DNA of 64,000 nucleotides from Mollicutes bacterium LVI A0039 (GTDB lineage Bacteria; Bacillota_I; Bacilli_A; UBA3375): NCBI GenBank assembly GCA_033103385.1, contig CP136953.1, positions 911,839 to 975,838 of the forward strand, read 5' to 3'. Shown piece by piece: positions 59,359 to 64,000 of this stretch (position 1 is its first letter; each line of letters starts with the position of its first letter). The notes under the pieces were generated by a model. It saw only the letters and a program-made list of their open reading frames with translations, ran no database searches and was not told where the DNA came from. The position numbers and the translations under genes were made by a program.

Positions 59359-60735
59359 TTATTTTTTGGCTTTATTTAGATAGTACCATCGTTTGCGCCT
59401 AATCACTAATATTGAGATGATAATGATGATTGCTATTATACAGATAATCAGCATCGCCATTGTTGGGTCTGAAAACGATAAGGTGATTAAGTTTATCAAT
59501 TGATCAAACATTGCACTTAATGTACTTTCTTTCGATAAGGGATCAACCTCAATGTCATTCCTTGAATTGGTTTGTCCCTTATAACTGGTATCACTTACAT
59601 TGATTTCTTCTCTCGATATAATCGGTTCTTCATCTAAACTCGCTACCGGATACATCGTACTTAAAGTATTGTAAACCTCAATTGCTGGGAGGTCGACACC
59701 GACAACTAGTTCATCACATGTTAAAACAAACAGTACCTCATCAGCTGGACGATAATAAACAGCTGTGTTTCCACCGTACCAAACCCCGGCATGACCAACT
59801 GTTTGTGATAAGCTATCAAGCCCTTTAACCTCGGCTCCATAACCGCGGTAGCGACCATTACCTAGATCCATTTGATTGGAATTCATCAAATCAAGGTTGT
59901 CATAACTAACCACATTTCCACTAATCAGCGCTTGAAAGAAATAAGTGATTTCACGTGGTGTTGATATGATATCGGTATACCCTTTCGAATACCATCCGAA
60001 GTCCAAATTGTTTACTGGACCATAATTTATCCCATCTAACGTTCCGTTTACCGCTGGAATATCATGTAAGTAATCCGAGTTAGGAAAACCAGTTTTCTCC
60101 AAGTTAAGCGGTTCAAATATTTTATCTGTCAAATATTGTTCAAACTCGACACCACTTGCTGACTCGATAATTGCCGCAAGCAGCGTAAATCCGGCATTAG
60201 AATATACATAGTTACTTCCTGGCTCAAAATTCAATTCGCTACTCAATATTCGATTTACTTCTTGGTCCTTTGTAACCTGATGATCTTCATTTTCGTCAAC
60301 ATAGATTCCTGATGTATGAGTTAATAGCATTTTGATGGTAACATCTTGCTTATCACTAGGGACATTATCAAGATACTTTGTTATTGAATCATCGTAATTT
60401 AACAAACCATCTTCTTCAAGTAACATGATGGCCGTGGTTGTATATAATTTGGACACTGAACCAATATCATATAAGGTGTCAGCATCATATCCACCTTTTG
60501 TTCCTGCTGCATCTTCATATAAAACATTGTATGAATTACCAGTATTTTGCGAAATAACAACCGTACCATTAAAATTGGTATTTGCAGTTGCTTTATCAAT
60601 AGAAGCTGACAAAGTTTGTTCGGGAACAAACTTATTAACATCTTCACTTTCTGTTTCACTTGCTAAGAAATTACTACTAAAGTTAAGGGAAACCAGTAAA
60701 ATTACAAGTATCATATTTAACCGGGAAAATTTCAT
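59359..60735 (-). CDS. Beta-lactamase-fold serine hydrolase (class C / PBP4*-like) with N-terminal signal peptide and C-terminal TM anchor
   Basis: Signal 'MKFSRLNMILVILLVSLNF'. S-x-x-K active-site 'DIGSVSKLYT'. C-terminal 'AMLIICIIAIIIIISILVIRRKR'. Confidence 0.75.
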   Translation of the reverse strand: MKFSRLNMILVILLVSLNFSSNFLASETESEDVNKFVPEQTLSASIDKATANTNFNGTVVISQNTGNSYNVLYEDAAGTKGGYDADTLYDIGSVSKLYTTTAIMLLEEDGLLNYDDSITKYLDNVPSDKQDVTIKMLLTHTSGIYVDENEDHQVTKDQEVNRILSSELNFEPGSNYVYSNAGFTLLAAIIESASGVEFEQYLTDKIFEPLNLEKTGFPNSDYLHDIPAVNGTLDGINYGPVNNLDFGWYSKGYTDIISTPREITYFFQALISGNVVSYDNLDLMNSNQMDLGNGRYRGYGAEVKGLDSLSQTVGHAGVWYGGNTAVYYRPADEVLFVLTCDELVVGVDLPAIEVYNTLSTMYPVASLDEEPIISREEINVSDTSYKGQTNSRNDIEVDPLSKESTLSAMFDQLINLITLSFSDPTMAMLIICIIAIIIIISILVIRRKRWYYLNKAKK

Positions 60736-61329
60736 ATCCCTCCATTCTCTAATTATTATAACACGTTTGGAGATGTGACTAGGTTAATCAAACGTTAATT
60801 AAACGTCATTTAAAATTAGACTATCTCCGAATTTTATTAATTATTAGGTCATAATTATGTGTATTAATTATATCATTTTAACTGCTTAAACACCGATATT
60901 TTTCTGCTTAAAAAACTAGGTCATATAACATTAACACTTCATAAAAACGTTTTATATTTTTAAAACTATATTAATCTGTCAGCTGGACAACGATGTTCGG
61001 GTATTTATGCTCAAGAGCTTAATCTTGAGCACACTTTTAGGAGAATAATATGATGGTTAAGCTTATTCATTACCAATAAGTACAGGAGTTTGGATGTTCT
61101 TGATAGTTCTACTTTTAGAACTAATCATTCTTATCAGGTTAACTACTAGGTAGTTTACATGACTATGTCATTCTCCTATACTGCAACATAAAGGGAAGCC
61201 TTGCAGGGGTTCCCTTTTCTACTATGTCATTCATTTCCATTGTATCAATTTCCAGTTTTGATTTCAACACTTCTGCAAACTTCACTTTTCACTTTTTATC
61301 AAGTTTGAATATTTGAGCTTGGGCTAAAA

Positions 61330-63366
61330 TCAGTTCGGTTTGCATAAATATTTTACAGTTGAAAAAACAAAGATTAAAAATGTAGTAGATATTACGGTGT
61401 TTTCTGCTAATACCACTAGTCCTACGTTTAGTAACAAACCGGCAATTAATGCACAGATTGCTCCCATAAACAGCATTAAAAATTGATCACCAAATATTAA
61501 CATCAGTATTTTATAGTTTTCAAACCCTAAGTCCTGATACAATTTAATTTCGTCTTGCTTAACCTTCACTCTCATCACTAATACATTAAATAGAACAATA
61601 TACATTATCATTAGGAAAATTATTACTAAAATTAGTGACATATAATACAATTTTGAGATTGATCTTTGAATTTCTTTGTAGATTTCATCATAGCTAATAA
61701 TGTTTAAATTATCATTTTTTAAATTTTCTAAAAATTCATCAGAATAAGAGGAATGTGTATTCACTGCAAGTATGTTATAACTGTCTCCGTATATGTTCTC
61801 ATACATTTTGGTTTCCATTAAGACTGCAATCTTAGGGTAGTTTGTCATTATAGGAAGTTCAGTAACAATATCTTTCACTCTAAACTCGCTATCTTTTATC
61901 CTAAATACATCTCCTACTTTAATCTCCTTACCATTATTATAAAGAAACGTTTCATCATCTGTATATTCACCAAATTCAGGATTTACTTTGATTATTACCT
62001 CATTCCCACTTATTTTGGGGATATTAAAGTCATCAAAGATTTGTTCTTCATAGGTATATACACCAAGGTTAGCATACTCCGAAGTATAGCCATAATCTGT
62101 ATCATCTTCCGCTCTATAGGCCGCTCTTGCCTGCATAATCGTATTTTGATTTTCTTGGATTGCGGTTGTAAGTTTATCATCTATTTCAGTGTATGTATAA
62201 TACTTATTATTTTCGCTATCGTATAGTGGTACTTCTTCAAATAAATAGTCATTATTAATCGTTTCACTTACTCGCTTTTCGATAGAGTATTGCTGAATGC
62301 TACTAAGTAATAATAACGAAATTGAGAATGTTACAATTGACAAAAATAGCATTACTACTGATAATAATCTGTTTCCATTTAATGATATTGCAATATATCG
62401 TTTCATATCAACATTACTCACTTTGTTTCTAACCCTAATTTTTGATTGTTTCGTCGACCCTTTAGAACCAATTAAGGCGATTATGCACATGGTGACAATT
62501 ATGATTATCGTATACAAACTTATGTTATTAACATTTCCAAATAGCCAGATTAATAGTATCGAAGCGCATGTAATTATCCCAATTGAAATCATTCTCTCAA
62601 TCAAGAAAATCCTATTAATATCACTTGCCTCCAAACCCAGGTCTTTTAATATTCCTCTTGTTTTCTCAAAATGCATAGCAGCTAGTTTCTGAATCGAATA
62701 GATAGAACCCAACATGATCAATATAAACCCAACAATGAGGAAATTTAATCCCACAGTAATATTTGTATATATATCAAATTTCTTAGAGCACTTTGCATCG
62801 TATTGTGCTTTTACTTCTTTACAAATATTATTTCGATACTCCAGTTGTCCGTCCCCATCAAAAAGATAGTATATATATTGAGCATCATCCTTGTTTTCAA
62901 ACTGAAAGCTCTCTGGAAATAAAATATACTTAACATTACTATTAATATTGCTCTCCAAAGGCTTGATACTATACATATTTGAATATTCCGCTAATATTTC
63001 ACTTGACACATCAAGACTGGTATATATAGTATCATTTTCATTATCTATTCCATATTTCTCTCTAGCTGTAGCATTTAACTGTACATACAAGATTTTCTGA
63101 TTATTTTCGATTTTTTGATGGTTTATATATATTTCTGATATATCAAATGCATCCAATTCTTTATTCAAATTTAAGGGTGATGTCGAGAAAACTTTTATGT
63201 CATATCCGTCCATTTGTGATATTGGAGATTCACTACTAAAAATTAATGTGGTGAATATAAGGTTTATTACAATTACGCCGATAATCAAAAATAATCCAAC
63301 CCCAATATACGCAAAGTTGAATTTATTTTTTCTAAAACTTCGTAATGAAAATTTGAAATTATTCAT
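61330..63366 (-). CDS. ABC transporter permease, FtsX/BceB-like with two large extracytoplasmic domains
   Basis: N-terminal 'FSLRSFRKNKFNFAYIGVGLFLI'. Two long non-hydrophobic loops separated by TM clusters. Followed by an ATPase gene. Confidence 0.7.
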   Translation of the reverse strand: MNNFKFSLRSFRKNKFNFAYIGVGLFLIIGVIVINLIFTTLIFSSESPISQMDGYDIKVFSTSPLNLNKELDAFDISEIYINHQKIENNQKILYVQLNATAREKYGIDNENDTIYTSLDVSSEILAEYSNMYSIKPLESNINSNVKYILFPESFQFENKDDAQYIYYLFDGDGQLEYRNNICKEVKAQYDAKCSKKFDIYTNITVGLNFLIVGFILIMLGSIYSIQKLAAMHFEKTRGILKDLGLEASDINRIFLIERMISIGIITCASILLIWLFGNVNNISLYTIIIIVTMCIIALIGSKGSTKQSKIRVRNKVSNVDMKRYIAISLNGNRLLSVVMLFLSIVTFSISLLLLSSIQQYSIEKRVSETINNDYLFEEVPLYDSENNKYYTYTEIDDKLTTAIQENQNTIMQARAAYRAEDDTDYGYTSEYANLGVYTYEEQIFDDFNIPKISGNEVIIKVNPEFGEYTDDETFLYNNGKEIKVGDVFRIKDSEFRVKDIVTELPIMTNYPKIAVLMETKMYENIYGDSYNILAVNTHSSYSDEFLENLKNDNLNIISYDEIYKEIQRSISKLYYMSLILVIIFLMIMYIVLFNVLVMRVKVKQDEIKLYQDLGFENYKILMLIFGDQFLMLFMGAICALIAGLLLNVGLVVLAENTVISTTFLIFVFSTVKYLCKPN

Positions 63367-63388
63367 CTTCCCCCTTCCTAAGCCTACA

Positions 63389-64000
63389 TTATTGATTTAC
63401 TGTTTTCATTTCACCTTGTTTTAACTCCAATATACAGTCACATTTCTCAGCCAATTCATTATCATGAGTGATTAAAACTGCTGTCTGGTTTAAATCCTTG
63501 ACCATCTTGCTGATCAAACTCCACACAGCATCAGCATTTTCTTCATCTAGGTTTCCTGTCGGTTCATCACATAATAGTAATTTAGGTTTTATTGAAAGAG
63601 CCCTTGCGATAGCAACTCTTTGCTTTTGTCCACCGCTTAGTTCTGAAGGGTATTTTGCTACTTCTGCTTTTAAGTCTAGTACATCTAACAAATATACAAG
63701 ATGGTCTTCATCTAGTTCGATTTTGAACATTGAACCTAAAAATTTAATGTTTTCTATAACTGTTAGCACTTCAATTAGTTTAAAATCTTGAAATATATAA
63801 CCAATATTTTTTTGACGAAACTTAAGTCTATTTTTGCTATTAAGTTTAAACAGATCATTATTGTCAATATAAACTGCACCTTCCTGGGGCTCAAGGATTC
63901 CGGCAATCAAATTAAATAGCGTCGTTTTTCCAGAGCCGCTTTTCCCAATAATCGCAGTTATTTTACCTTCTGCAATTTCACAACAAATATTTTTTAATAC
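63389..64000 (-). CDS. ABC transporter ATP-binding protein (partial; start lies beyond the window end)
   Basis: 'LSGGQKQRVAIARAL', 'LLCDEPTGNLD'. Walker A 'IIGKSGSGKTTLFNLIAG' is encoded at 63900-63960, upstream of the track's Met, so the gene continues past position 64000. Confidence 0.85.
   Translation of the reverse strand, partial: VLKNICCEIAEGKITAIIGKSGSGKTTLFNLIAGILEPQEGAVYIDNNDLFKLNSKNRLKFRQKNIGYIFQDFKLIEVLTVIENIKFLGSMFKIELDEDHLVYLLDVLDLKAEVAKYPSELSGGQKQRVAIARALSIKPKLLLCDEPTGNLDEENADAVWSLISKMVKDLNQTAVLITHDNELAEKCDCILELKQGEMKTVNQ

Noticed and set aside
1-64000. Possibility of an alternative genetic code (Mollicutes-like, TGA=Trp) suggested by the very low GC
   Set aside because: Long intact ORFs with proper stops are obtained under the standard bacterial code, including genes ending in TAG and TAA directly followed by terminators. 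Gene content (PTS, FloT, ComEB, YesL) is typical of walled Firmicutes.
1-64000. Search for tRNA/rRNA genes, transposases or integrases that would mark a mobile island
   Set aside because: No cloverleaf-compatible tRNA candidates in intergenic regions, no rRNA-like GC-rich stretches, and no ORF with transposase or integrase motifs (DDE, tyrosine-recombinase R..H..R..Y) was seen.

Overview
This is a 64 kb window from a low-GC (about 30-33% GC) Firmicutes-type chromosome. The gene content looks Bacilli/Erysipelotrichia-like (TreB/TreC/TreR, FloT-like flotillin, ferredoxin, ComEB, YesL-like protein, CUT1 ABC transporter). It is almost entirely coding and mostly on the minus strand. Main blocks:
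1. A trehalose PTS operon: treB, treC, and a LacI-type regulator.
2. A giant (about 4,640 aa) repetitive cell-surface protein with about 23 tandem two-domain repeats. Its Sec signal peptide is separated from the body by a single in-frame TAG.
3. An amino-acid (APC) permease preceded by a leader peptide plus an intrinsic terminator, which is a candidate ribosome-mediated attenuator.
4. A solitary Abi_2 (AbiD/AbiF-like) abortive-infection gene with a consensus promoter, insulated by bidirectional terminators.
5. Two GH3 beta-glucosidases, one circularly permuted and membrane-anchored.
6. A frameshifted AraC-regulator::GH39-like fusion gene.
7. A Smr plus polytopic-membrane-protein pair and a flotillin operon.
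8. A roughly 20 kb glycan-utilisation locus: GH28, YczE-like membrane protein, GH105/88, two large uncharacterised paralogous proteins (one fused to a non-canonical ROK-like kinase domain), GH38 alpha-mannosidase, RpiR regulator, YesL-like protein, PHP metallophosphoesterase, CUT1 ABC transporter, and a LacZ-type GH2.
9. A TetR-DUF523-MATE operon, a Usp protein, a membrane-anchored beta-lactamase-fold hydrolase, and an FtsX/BceB-like ABC transporter that runs off the window end.
No rRNA, tRNA, CRISPR array or obvious transposase was seen. The best candidates for undescribed biology are the two large paralogous proteins of the glycan locus, the interrupted giant adhesin, the Abi island, and the leader-peptide attenuator.
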